Shown: positions 28,616 through 37,853, numbered from the stretch's first letter. The stretch is 64,000 nt of DNA from Pusillimonas sp. (GCA_040391135.1 JBEBYL010000013.1:3778-67777); one strand, 5' to 3'. Numbers and translations: made by a program. Notes: a model not told the origin generated them from the letters alone.

Positions 28616-30397
28616 ATGATTGAAAAGGATCTGCTGCTGGGGCCTGTGCTATCGTTCCGCGGTATCGGAAAAGATGACGTCTGGAAAGTGAGCGCGCTGG
28701 TGGGCCTCAAGGCGGGCACGGTCGCGCCTGTACTGGAGGTCGACGGCAAGGTTTGCGCTGCACCAAAGGAGCTGTTGGCCATCAACGGCGAACGCTATCT
28801 GCGCTACGACCTGTCCTGCAAGGTCTTGAAGAAAGAGCGCACGGTGAGTTACGGTATTCCAGGCGGATTGACGTGGCAGATGACGGTGCCCGGCAAGGAT
28901 TTCTCGCCACGCATGGCCTATGTGTCGTGTAATGGGTTTTCCGATCCGGCCGCGATGCGGAAACTCATTCGGACGTCGGACGCGGTATGGGAAGACCTTC
29001 TCTACAGCCACGACCGCGCGCTGCGCAGCAAACAAGGTGCAGGTGAAACCAAGCTGCTGGACAAAGAGCAGTTGTGGCATGAGAAGCGTATCCACGACAA
29101 GGGCCTACAGCGCTTTCATCTCATGCTCATGGGGGGAGACCAGATCTACTTCGATTCGATCTGGGAAGACATTAAGGCGCTACGCCAGTGGGTAGCCTTG
29201 CCTCGGCAGGCACAATTGAAGTTCAAGGTCACCAAGGCACTGGAGCGCGAGATAGAGGCTTACTACTTCGGGCTGTACAAACAACGCTGGCTGCCCGGCG
29301 AACGGAAACCCTGGTCGTCGCCCACGGCCACGCTAGATGCGAGTGCAGCGATGGCGTCTATGCCGACCATCATGATGTGGGACGACCATGACATCTTTGA
29401 TGGCTGGGGTTCGTACAGTTGCGAGATGCAGAACAGCCCACTCTTTCAGACGCTGTTCCGCCACGCCCGGCGAGCCTTCTGGGTGTTTCAGATGCAGCAT
29501 GCTCTGGGTGACCTGCCCGAACTGGAAGACACGACTCCGGCGGGTTTTTCCCGTCAGGACCCGCTGCTCAAGCCCATCGAGTGGAGCCTAGTGCTCGCCA
29601 AGGATGAGTTGGCGCTGCCCCTTCTAGATGGCCAGCCGGGATTTACTTCCGCCTACGCCATCGGGCCGGTGGCTATCGTGGCGGCCGATCTGCGCACCGA
29701 GCGCTCGCGGGCACAGGTGATGGGCTCGGACACCTGGAGCCAGATCAAGAAATGGACCGGCAGTCTGGAATCCGGCAACGCGGGTGCACAACCCAAGAGT
29801 GCCTGCCAGCACCTACTGTTCATGTCCTCGGTGCCCGTGGTACACCCCAAGCTGCCCCTGGCCGAGTTGCTGATGGACAAGTTCGGGCAAGACCACGTCA
29901 CGGACAGCAATGCCGACGATTTGAAGGACCACTGGTCCCACGACGATCACGAAGGTGAACGCAAGCGCCTCCTGGAGGTGTTTTCCCACTTGGCGCGCGA
30001 CAAGAAGATCCGCATGTCCCTAGTGTCAGGCGACGTGCACGTCGCAGCCTGGGGCACTGCCTACCGTAAGGACCTGCCTGCAACAGAGACCTGGTCCCAG
30101 ATCCACCAATTCACCTCGTCGGCCGTGGTTCACCCTTCGCTCATCGGTGTTATGGAACGGTTGTTTCTGTCCTGGCTGAACAGCAGTGCTAAGCAGCCCC
30201 AAAACATCGACGTGCAGTACGTCGCAGAAGTGATGCCTTTCCCCGGGCACGACAAGCATGTCATGGCGGCGCGCAACTGGCTGGCTCTGGAGTTGGACAT
30301 GGGCTCGGCCGATGGATGCAAGCTATGGGCAACTTGGCGGTGCGAAACCGAAATCAGCTTTTCGAATCACTTGCTGGCAGTCGCACCCATTGCATAA
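28616..30397 (+). CDS. PhoD-like metallophosphatase/phosphodiesterase, no signal peptide
   Basis: The strong SD GAGGAGG overlaps the upstream stop, with 11 intergenic nt. Motifs are YVSCNG (about aa 102), GGDQIYFD (173), MWDDHDIFDGWGS (254), SGDVHVAAWG (471) and FTSSAVVHP (499). The N-terminus MIEKDLLLGPVLSFRG has no Tat (RR) or Sec leader. Confidence 0.8.
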   Translation: MIEKDLLLGPVLSFRGIGKDDVWKVSALVGLKAGTVAPVLEVDGKVCAAPKELLAINGERYLRYDLSCKVLKKERTVSYGIPGGLTWQMTVPGKDFSPRMAYVSCNGFSDPAAMRKLIRTSDAVWEDLLYSHDRALRSKQGAGETKLLDKEQLWHEKRIHDKGLQRFHLMLMGGDQIYFDSIWEDIKALRQWVALPRQAQLKFKVTKALEREIEAYYFGLYKQRWLPGERKPWSSPTATLDASAAMASMPTIMMWDDHDIFDGWGSYSCEMQNSPLFQTLFRHARRAFWVFQMQHALGDLPELEDTTPAGFSRQDPLLKPIEWSLVLAKDELALPLLDGQPGFTSAYAIGPVAIVAADLRTERSRAQVMGSDTWSQIKKWTGSLESGNAGAQPKSACQHLLFMSSVPVVHPKLPLAELLMDKFGQDHVTDSNADDLKDHWSHDDHEGERKRLLEVFSHLARDKKIRMSLVSGDVHVAAWGTAYRKDLPATETWSQIHQFTSSAVVHPSLIGVMERLFLSWLNSSAKQPQNIDVQYVAEVMPFPGHDKHVMAARNWLALELDMGSADGCKLWATWRCETEISFSNHLLAVAPIA

Positions 30398-30690
30398 ATT
30401 TCTAGTTGATTCTGCAACAGAAGTACGCCACAAGCACAGGGGGCACTCGCGATCCAACTGTAGACCTGGCATCCGCGAAGCCGGTGATGGAGATGCAGCA
30501 GTCCGTCAGGACTGCGCGCTCCGACCGAGAACGACCGATGATTGCGGAAGCCGTCATTCGATTCGAAGCGGTTCATGTGGCATTCCGCAATCAGTCTGGA
30601 GCAGTCGGCGGAGAACAAATGCTGACCGGCTGCTCCTGGCCGAAAACAAACTGCCATTGATCCACATTACGGACCAGGGCCTTCAGGCTT

Positions 30691-31629
30691 TTACATCCTT
30701 CCCTGAAACTGAGGCCGCTCGTCCTTCTTTGGGATGCACTGAGATTCACCAAGTAGCTCAACCATCCTCAGCTCGCATGAGGAAAGATCATGCCCCCGTC
30801 GTTGCGAGACCATAAACGTAAGCGAACCCAGGTGCCAGGCGCGGCGCTTAAGTTCGACGAGCTGTCCATTCCTTAGATCATCAACAGCGAGGTGCCGTGG
30901 CAAATGCCCCCAGCCAAGGCCGGCCTTGAGAAGATCGCGTTTGGCGCCCAGATCATTGACCAGCCACTGGCGCTTGCCGGCGACGCCTTGTTGGGTCTTT
31001 TCCGCTTGCGGCTGGTTGTCCGTAACGACGACCTGAACATGTCGAGCAAACTCGTCCATCGGGACGGGCTTCAGTATCGAAGCGAGCGGGTGAGATGGCG
31101 CGCAGACCGTCACCATGTCCGCCTCGCACAGCCAGTGGCGCTCTATGGCATCCGGGTTTACCTCGGGCACGTTGTTGATCGTTACAGCCAGGGCACACAC
31201 CCCTTCGAGCACCAGGTTCTCACCGCCTTGCATGGTTGTGATTCGCAGGTCGATCACTGCGGTGTGGAACTCCGCTTGCAGCGTCATCAAGCAGTCGATC
31301 AGGTGGGCGCGCGGGAAGTAGGCGTCGATCGCAACCGAAACCTGAGGTGCCCCGGCTTTAGCGATTGAACTGGCGCGGTTCTTCATCTCTTCCGTGCGTG
31401 AGATCACCGCCCGCGCGTCCGGCAAGAGGCTGTGCCCCGCCGCAGTCAGCTGCGCCTTCCGTGTGTTTCGCTCGAACAACTCGACATCAAATGCGCTTTC
31501 TAGCGCCTTGATCGCGTGGCTGATGGCTGACTGCGCGCGCCTGAGTTTCCGCGCCGCACCCGAAAAGCTTCCCTGATCGCATACCGCAACGAACGCACGC
31601 AGTTGGTTGATGGTGACATTGTCGAGCAT
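30691..31629 (-). CDS. LysR family transcriptional regulator
   Basis: The N-terminal HTH is INQLRAFVAVCDQGSFSGAARKLRRAQSAISHAIKALE. It is divergent from the SDR gene. Confidence 0.9.
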   Translation of the reverse strand: MLDNVTINQLRAFVAVCDQGSFSGAARKLRRAQSAISHAIKALESAFDVELFERNTRKAQLTAAGHSLLPDARAVISRTEEMKNRASSIAKAGAPQVSVAIDAYFPRAHLIDCLMTLQAEFHTAVIDLRITTMQGGENLVLEGVCALAVTINNVPEVNPDAIERHWLCEADMVTVCAPSHPLASILKPVPMDEFARHVQVVVTDNQPQAEKTQQGVAGKRQWLVNDLGAKRDLLKAGLGWGHLPRHLAVDDLRNGQLVELKRRAWHLGSLTFMVSQRRGHDLSSCELRMVELLGESQCIPKKDERPQFQGRM

Positions 31630-31633
31630 ATTA

Positions 31634-31648
31634 ATCTAAATAATAGAT
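31634..31648. promoter_or_regulatory. Candidate LysR-type binding site
   Basis: ATCTA-aataa-TAGAT is a perfect palindrome 5 nt upstream of the LysR start, in the divergent LysR/SDR intergenic region. A T-N11-A site is contained within it (31637-31649). Confidence 0.4.
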
Positions 31649-31742
31649 TGAATTTATCGATTTTTCGTCAATTGTTTTGATGTGTCAAGGGTTCTAGACT
31701 GTTCTCTAGTTTCAATATAGGACGCCGACTTGGCGACACACC

Positions 31743-32477
31743 ATGAACAGACTTAATGGAAAGACCGCCGTGATCACCGGCGGCGCTACCGGCATAGGCC
31801 GCGCCGCGGCAAAACGCTTCATCGACGAGGGCGCCTTCGTCTTCATCTTCGGCCGCCGGCAGGAAACGCTTGATGCCGCCGTGGCCGACCTGGGGCCCAA
31901 TGCCCGCGCGGTGAAGGGCTCGGTCTCCGATCCGGACGACCTGGACCGCTTATATGCGGCAGTGAAGGCCGAACGCGGAACTCTCGATATCGTCTTCGCC
32001 AATGCCGGGACGGGGGGCCTGCTTCCGCTGGGCAAGATCACCGCCGAACACATTGATGAAACCTTCGACACCAATGTGAAGGGTTCGATTTTCACGGTCC
32101 AGAAGGCGCTGCCCTTGATGGGCGAGGGCGGTTCGATCATCCTGACCGGATCTAGCGCCGGCACGACGGGCGCGCCGGCATTCAGCGTCTACAGCGCGAG
32201 CAAGGCGGCAGTGCGCAACCTGGCGCGGACCTGGGCGGAGGACCTGAAGGGCTCCGGCATCCGGGTAAATGTGCTGTCGCCCGGGCCGACGGCAACCGAA
32301 CTTGCGAAAGTAGCGGTAGGCGAGGAGGGCTTGAAGGCCTTCGCCTCGATGAATCCGCTCCAGCGCATGGCCGAACCGGCGGAGATCGGAGCGGCGGCTG
32401 CGTTTCTCGCGTCGCAGGACAGCAGTTTCATGACCGCCAGCGAGCTCGCCGTCGACGGTGGCCTGGCGCAAATCTGA
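31743..32477 (+). CDS. SDR family oxidoreductase
   Basis: It has TGGATGIG, NAG and the catalytic YSASK motif. Confidence 0.9.
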   Translation: MNRLNGKTAVITGGATGIGRAAAKRFIDEGAFVFIFGRRQETLDAAVADLGPNARAVKGSVSDPDDLDRLYAAVKAERGTLDIVFANAGTGGLLPLGKITAEHIDETFDTNVKGSIFTVQKALPLMGEGGSIILTGSSAGTTGAPAFSVYSASKAAVRNLARTWAEDLKGSGIRVNVLSPGPTATELAKVAVGEEGLKAFASMNPLQRMAEPAEIGAAAAFLASQDSSFMTASELAVDGGLAQI

Positions 32478-32549
32478 CATAAGGCGCTCTGCCGGCCACT
32501 CCAGCCGATAGCTGAAACCCGCAGGGCGCTGCAATCAAAAGGAAAATAT

Positions 32550-33140
32550 ATGAGTTATGCAATTATTGGCTTCGGCGACATCGGCCAGGCTCTTGCCAAG
32601 GCTTTTGCCCGTAGCGGCATCGAGATATCTGTTGCAACCACTCGCGACCCGCAGAGCTTTGCCTCCGACGCGGCCGCTATCGGCCCCGGGATCATTCCGA
32701 AGACGCTGGCGGAGGCCGTCAAGGCTGATGTGGCTGTGCGTTACGCGTCGCACCCGGAGGTCGCGAAGGCGCTGCCGACCTGGAAGGGAAAGACCATCAT
32801 TGATGTGACCAATGCCTACGGCATACCCCCTGAAGAACTGGGAGAACAGCCTTCTTCCAAGGTCGTCGCCAGGGCCTTTACGGGTGCAAGGCTGGTCAAG
32901 GGTTTCAATCACCTGGCCGCTGCCGTTCTGGGCCGGGATCCCGGCATACAGGGTGGCAGAAGAGTCGTGTTCCTGACGAGCGACGATGACGACGCCGCAG
33001 CGGAGGTTGCCGCGCTAGCGGAAACTCTCGGCTTTGCCCCGATCACACTTGGCGGGCTTGCGGAAGGCGGGCTGCTTGTTCACGGGCGCGGAAACACCTG
33101 GGGCCGACTGATCTTCAAGGACTTGGTCAAGGTCGGCTGA
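32550..33140 (+). CDS. NADPH-dependent F420 reductase-like / NAD(P)-binding oxidoreductase
   Basis: The Rossmann N-terminus MSYAIIGFGDIGQALAKAF and the length of about 196 aa fit the NADP_oxidoreductase_coenzyme-F420-dependent family. Confidence 0.65.
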   Translation: MSYAIIGFGDIGQALAKAFARSGIEISVATTRDPQSFASDAAAIGPGIIPKTLAEAVKADVAVRYASHPEVAKALPTWKGKTIIDVTNAYGIPPEELGEQPSSKVVARAFTGARLVKGFNHLAAAVLGRDPGIQGGRRVVFLTSDDDDAAAEVAALAETLGFAPITLGGLAEGGLLVHGRGNTWGRLIFKDLVKVG

Positions 33141-33186
33141 TGAGTCGTGATGGAGCTAGCTCTATAAAGCGCGGCGCATTAAGGTT

Positions 33187-33870
33187 TCATGTGCGAAATT
33201 GTGAAAGCAGTAGCGGCAACTCGGACAGCGCCTGTAACTGATGCTTCGATGGGGCGCAATGGTACTCAAGCGGGGCGCCTTGCCTGTTGATGCGTACGGC
33301 GTTGAATCCGAAAGCCGCTGCGCCCGCCACATCCCACGCATTCGACGACACGAAGCAAACCTCGTGGGGGCGTACATCTAGACGGTCGCATGCCAGTTGA
33401 TAGACGCTGGGGTCGGGCTTATAGGTCTTGATGTCGTCGGCGGAAATGCAGTCATCCAGCAAGCCGCCAAGATTGCCGGCGCTTATCGCGCCCTGCAGCA
33501 TATCATTGTTTCCGTTGGACAAGATCGCGGTGATATAGCCTTCAGCCTTCAGCATTTCAAGGCTCTTGGCGGCATCCGGGTAGGCTTTCAATTCGAAGTA
33601 GGCGTTCAACAGGCTTTCTTTTAAGCCCGGCCGGTCTTCAAGCCCATAAGTCTGCAGGGCGAAGTCCAATGCTTCAATGGTCAGTTGCCAGAAGTCCGCA
33701 TATTTGCGCATCATTCCGCGGGTCCATGAATATTCAAGCTGGCGCTGACGCCAGAGGGCCGAGAGTGCGTCGGCGCTATCGCCCACTTTGTCTGCGTTCC
33801 CCATGACGGCGGAATGGACGTCCAGCAAAGTGCCATAGGCGTCAAAGACGCATGCACGAATCGAATTCAT
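33187..33870 (-). CDS. Haloacid dehalogenase type II (L-2-haloacid dehalogenase)
   Basis: It has the nucleophile motif ACVFDAYGTLLDV, then LSNGN, KPDPSVY and SSNAWDVAGA. Confidence 0.85.
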   Translation of the reverse strand: MNSIRACVFDAYGTLLDVHSAVMGNADKVGDSADALSALWRQRQLEYSWTRGMMRKYADFWQLTIEALDFALQTYGLEDRPGLKESLLNAYFELKAYPDAAKSLEMLKAEGYITAILSNGNNDMLQGAISAGNLGGLLDDCISADDIKTYKPDPSVYQLACDRLDVRPHEVCFVSSNAWDVAGAAAFGFNAVRINRQGAPLEYHCAPSKHQLQALSELPLLLSQFRT

Positions 33871-33906
33871 GTTTATCTCCTGTTGGCCGCGGCGAAAGCC
33901 TGGGCG

Positions 33907-34500
33907 TCATGGTGTGCCGGAGGCGTCCAGAAGGGCCAGGGCAGGCGCTACGATGCCCTTTAGTAGTTCGGGCTCGGGCCGCACCCGCGCCAGAACACGC
34001 ACTCCCATCAGGACTCCAAGAAGATGCTTGGCCAGGATGTCCGGCGGCATTGATTTTCCTATGCTCCCGTTGGCCTGTCCCGCGCTTAAATGCTCAAAAA
34101 AGAATCGTTCGATCTGCTTTAGAACGCCGGCGACGATTTCTTGAAACTCAGGGTCGTGCGGGGCCAGCTCAAGGGCGGCGTTGACCAGCATGCATCCCTT
34201 ATGCTGACGATCGCTTAGCGAGCGCTGGATGATATCGGCGAAGAACGCGCCTATCGCCTCGCGAGGCGGCAGCGCATCGCACGACTGGATGCGCTGCGCA
34301 ACGCTGCAATTGACATAGTGATCCAGCGCTCTTTGATAGAGTGCCCGCTTGTCGCCAAATGCGTTGTACAGGCTCGCTCCGGTCAGGCCCGTTTCATTGA
34401 TCAGGTCCCGTATCGAGGTAGCCTCGTAACCCTGGTTCCAAAAACATTGAACCGCCTTGTCGAGCACTATTTCTTCGTCGAACTCCCGTGGCCGCGCCAT
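33907..34500 (-). CDS. TetR family transcriptional regulator
   Basis: The HTH is GYEATSIRDLINETGLTGASLYNAFGDKRALY. It lies 36 nt upstream of the dehalogenase on the same strand. Confidence 0.9.
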   Translation of the reverse strand: MARPREFDEEIVLDKAVQCFWNQGYEATSIRDLINETGLTGASLYNAFGDKRALYQRALDHYVNCSVAQRIQSCDALPPREAIGAFFADIIQRSLSDRQHKGCMLVNAALELAPHDPEFQEIVAGVLKQIERFFFEHLSAGQANGSIGKSMPPDILAKHLLGVLMGVRVLARVRPEPELLKGIVAPALALLDASGTP

Positions 34501-34681
34501 CCGCCTTCCCCCTTTTGTTTCTCACACTTCAAACGCCTTAACTTTTTCAGCGTTGTATGTCATTATAGAACACATGAACTAAAATAAATCTCGAACTTGG
34601 TTTTACATCCAGGGTGTTGCTTTTTCGCCGTCGATGAATTCCGCCAACCGGCCGCCTTCGTCACAGATAAAGGATATATGC

Positions 34682-35386
34682 ATGATCCATTTCTATTTTC
34701 ACCCTACGCCCAATCCGGCAAAGATTGCGCTCTTTCTGGAAGAGTCCGGCCTGCCTTACGAATTGATCCCCGTCGACACAAGCAAGGGGGAGCAACATGC
34801 GCCGGCTTTTCGGAAGATCAATCCCAATGGGAAGGTGCCGGCGATCGTCGATACGGACGGGCCGGGCGGCCGCGAAGCGCGTGTGTTCGACTCCACCGCG
34901 ATCCTGATCTATCTTGCCGAAAAAACGGGCGGCTTCCTGGGGGCGCCGACAGACCGGCCGGAACTGCTTTCCTGGTTGCTGTTCATTGCTTCCGGCCTGG
35001 GGCCGTTCTCCGGCCAGGCCGTGCACTTCCAGTTCGCCGCGCCCGAGGGCCTGGATTACGCCGTCACGCGTTACCGGCGCGAGGCCGAGCGCCACTACCA
35101 AGTGCTGAACGATCACCTGGAAGGGCGTGAGTTCATCGTCGGCGATACCTATACGATTGCCGATATGTCGGCATGGGGATGGCTGGATCGCGCGGCGCGC
35201 GTACGGAAGGGAGCCGACGATCCCCTTGAACCGTTCCCCAACCTCAAGCGGCTTTTTCTGAATGTCGATGCGCGACCAGCAGCCGTCCGCGCGCGCGAGG
35301 TGGGCAAGGACCACGCGTTCAAGCGGGTCAACGATGAGGAAACAAAGCGGGCGCTGTTCCCGTCCAACTATCCTTCTGCCGCCTGA
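34682..35386 (+). CDS. Glutathione S-transferase
   Basis: The ORF is trimmed to MIHFYFHPTPNPAKIALFLEESGLPYELIPVD...KVPAIVD...FDSTAILIYLAEK. Confidence 0.85.
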   Translation: MIHFYFHPTPNPAKIALFLEESGLPYELIPVDTSKGEQHAPAFRKINPNGKVPAIVDTDGPGGREARVFDSTAILIYLAEKTGGFLGAPTDRPELLSWLLFIASGLGPFSGQAVHFQFAAPEGLDYAVTRYRREAERHYQVLNDHLEGREFIVGDTYTIADMSAWGWLDRAARVRKGADDPLEPFPNLKRLFLNVDARPAAVRAREVGKDHAFKRVNDEETKRALFPSNYPSAA

Positions 35387-35417
35387 GGCAGACACACGCA
35401 TTCATGGAGATGAAAGC

Positions 35418-36293
35418 ATGACGAATGCCACCGATTACACACCGCCAGCCGTCTGGACCTGGAACAAACCCAACGGCGGGGCCTTCGCAAGCGTCAACCG
35501 TCCAGTGGCCGGGCCGACACACGAAAAGGAATTGCCCGTTGGGCGGCATCCACTGCAACTCTATTCCCTGGCCACGCCGAATGGCCAGAAGGTCACGATC
35601 ATGCTGGAAGAGCTGCTGGCCTTGGGGCATACCGGGGCGGAATACGACGCCTGGTTGATCCGCATCGGCGAGGGCGATCAATTTGGCAGCGGTTTTGTCG
35701 GCGTCAACCCGAATTCCAAGATCCCCGCCTTGATGGACCATTCGGGTGCAACGCCTGTACGGGTATTCGAGTCCGGTGCGATTCTGGTCTATTTGGCTGA
35801 AAAATTCGGCGCCCTGTTGCCGACGACCCAGCCCGAACGCGCGGAGTGCCTGTCATGGCTATTCTGGCAGATGGGTAGCGCGCCATATCTGGGCGGCGGC
35901 TTCGGCCACTTCTATGCTTACGCACCCGTCAAGATCGAGTATGCCATCGACCGCTATGCCATGGAGGTCAAGCGCCAGCTCGATGTGCTGGATCGCCGCC
36001 TGGCCGAAAGCGAATACCTGGGCGGCAGCGACTACACCATTGCCGACATTGCCGTGTTCCCCTGGTATGGGGGCTTGGCCAAGGGCTGGCAATATGGCGC
36101 CGCTGAATTTTTATCGGTCCAGGAATACACGCACGTACAGCGTTGGGCCGACGCGATACTGGCAAGGCCCGCCGTAAATCGGGGACGCAAGGTCAACCGC
36201 GTATCGGGGGAGCCGTCGTCCCAGTTGCACGAGCGCCACGATGCCGACGACTTCAATACGAAAACCCAGGACAAGCTGGGAGGGCAGTCATGA
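35418..36293 (+). CDS. yghU: Nu-class glutathione S-transferase / disulfide-bond reductase YghU
   Basis: The ORF is trimmed to MTNATDYTPPAVWTWNKPNGGAFASVNRPVAGPTHEKELPVGRHPLQLYSLATPNGQKVTIMLEELLALG... It is near-colinear with E. coli YghU as I remember it. Confidence 0.88.
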   Translation: MTNATDYTPPAVWTWNKPNGGAFASVNRPVAGPTHEKELPVGRHPLQLYSLATPNGQKVTIMLEELLALGHTGAEYDAWLIRIGEGDQFGSGFVGVNPNSKIPALMDHSGATPVRVFESGAILVYLAEKFGALLPTTQPERAECLSWLFWQMGSAPYLGGGFGHFYAYAPVKIEYAIDRYAMEVKRQLDVLDRRLAESEYLGGSDYTIADIAVFPWYGGLAKGWQYGAAEFLSVQEYTHVQRWADAILARPAVNRGRKVNRVSGEPSSQLHERHDADDFNTKTQDKLGGQS

Positions 36294-37096
36294 ATATCAA
36301 CGGTGCACGCATCCTGATCACCGGGGGCGCAAGCGGCATTGGTTTGGCTCTGGCCCAAGCCTTGCTGGCCAAAGGTGCAAAAGTCGCTATCAGCGGCCGT
36401 CGCCCTAATGCTGTCGCAACAGCAGTCCAGGCGCTTCAGTCTGGCGGCTCCGTCGTTCGCGGTATCGCCGCCGATGTGTCGACGGCAGAGGGGCGCGCGG
36501 CCACGATCAAAGAGACTTTGGATGCGCTTGGCGGACTTGATATCCTTGTCAACAACGCGGGTGGCGTCAGGGCGGGAAGGCTGGAGAACACCGCGGAAGC
36601 CGAGCTCCAGGCCATGATAGATGTCAATCTCGTGGGGCCGATCATGCTGACGCGTACCGCCTTGCCGGCGCTGCGTGCCAGCGGCGGAGCAATGGTGGTG
36701 AATGTGTCTTCCGGCATTGCCTTGATCGGCGCGCCGTTCTACGCAACCTACGCCGCCGTGAAAGCCGGCCTTGCCCGTTTTGGCGAATCGATGCGGCGCG
36801 AGCTGAAAGGCGAAGGCATACACGTCCTGACCGTCTATCCGGGCGGCACAGACACACCGATGATGAAATCCAACCGGGCAGGTCCCGAGCTTGGCTTCTC
36901 GCGCGAGCCGGCCTCTGCCGTGGCCGACGCCATCGTCGCGGGAATCGAGTCCGAAGCCTTCGAGGTCATCCGTGGCGGAGATACCCGCGCGCAAATGATC
37001 GCCCTGAACCGCGACAACCCCGCAGCCATCGACGAGCGCTTTCTTGGACTAAAGCCGGCACTGGAGGATGCAATAAAGGACCATTCGGCACTCTGA
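36290..37096 (+). CDS. SDR family oxidoreductase
   Basis: The ORF is trimmed to MNINGARILITGGASGIGLALA, with NNAG and YAAVK motifs. The ATG overlaps the yghU stop (ATGA). Confidence 0.85.
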   Translation: MNINGARILITGGASGIGLALAQALLAKGAKVAISGRRPNAVATAVQALQSGGSVVRGIAADVSTAEGRAATIKETLDALGGLDILVNNAGGVRAGRLENTAEAELQAMIDVNLVGPIMLTRTALPALRASGGAMVVNVSSGIALIGAPFYATYAAVKAGLARFGESMRRELKGEGIHVLTVYPGGTDTPMMKSNRAGPELGFSREPASAVADAIVAGIESEAFEVIRGGDTRAQMIALNRDNPAAIDERFLGLKPALEDAIKDHSAL

Positions 37097-37127
37097 TGTG
37101 GCCGGGTGTTCGGCGGGTCGCCCATCG

Positions 37128-37790
37128 TCAGGCGCCGCTGTGTCCTTGGCGCCGGAGGACGACATGGGTGGCCTTCTCCGACGCTACGAATTCAACGCAT
37201 TCGTATCCCAGAGCCCGCAGGTCGATCCCTTCGTACAGCGATTCCCCCCGGCCGAGCAGGACCGGCGCGATAGCAATGTGCAGTTCGTCTATGAGGCCCT
37301 CGCGAAGGTACTGCCGTATTGTGTCCGGCCCACCGCCGATCCGCACGTCCATTCCGGCCGCGGCCTCGCGTGCGCGGTCCAGCGCTTCATGAATGCCGCC
37401 TGTTATGAAATGGAACGTCGTGCCGCCTTCCATCTCGATGGACGGCCGGGCATGGCGGGTCAAGATAAAGGCTGGAACGTGGTACGGTGGATTGTCTCCC
37501 CACCAGCCTTTCCAGTTGGTGTCCGGCCAGTCCCCGCGAATGGGGCCGAACATATTCCTGCCGAGAATCCAGGCGCCAACATTCCGAAAGCCGCGGGCGG
37601 CGAAGTCGTCGTCAATCCCGACCGTACCGCCATCGTTACCGAACAAGGCCCACTGGAACGTGCGTGTTGGAAGCAGCCATTGGTGCAGCTGTGTTCCGCC
37701 GACGCCGAGTGGATTGTCGATGTCTTGATTAGGACCCGCCCCGTATCCATCGAGCGAAATGGTGAAGCCCTCAACGCGAACTCGTGTCAT
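37128..37790 (-). CDS. Dihydrofolate reductase-family protein (RibD C-terminal domain type)
   Basis: The ORF is trimmed to MTRVRVEGFTISLDGYGAG...ILGRNMF...DELHIAIAPVLLGRGESLY, with the SD GGAGG upstream. Confidence 0.8.
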   Translation of the reverse strand: MTRVRVEGFTISLDGYGAGPNQDIDNPLGVGGTQLHQWLLPTRTFQWALFGNDGGTVGIDDDFAARGFRNVGAWILGRNMFGPIRGDWPDTNWKGWWGDNPPYHVPAFILTRHARPSIEMEGGTTFHFITGGIHEALDRAREAAAGMDVRIGGGPDTIRQYLREGLIDELHIAIAPVLLGRGESLYEGIDLRALGYECVEFVASEKATHVVLRRQGHSGA

Positions 37791-37853
37791 CGTTTGCCTC
37801 CGTTTAAACGCTTGGTAAGTATCGGGCACAACCGTCGCATTTTCATCCAATAA

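Noticed and set aside
30406-30660. An 84-aa ORF starting 9 nt after the PhoD-like gene, considered as a possible third gene of the operon. An antisense 96-aa ORF lies at 30367..30657.
   Set aside because: It has a TTG start without an SD and no recognisable domain. A short stretch (MIAEAVIRFEAVHVAF) vaguely resembles an ABC-ATPase N-terminus, so it may be a gene remnant. The evidence is too weak to annotate.
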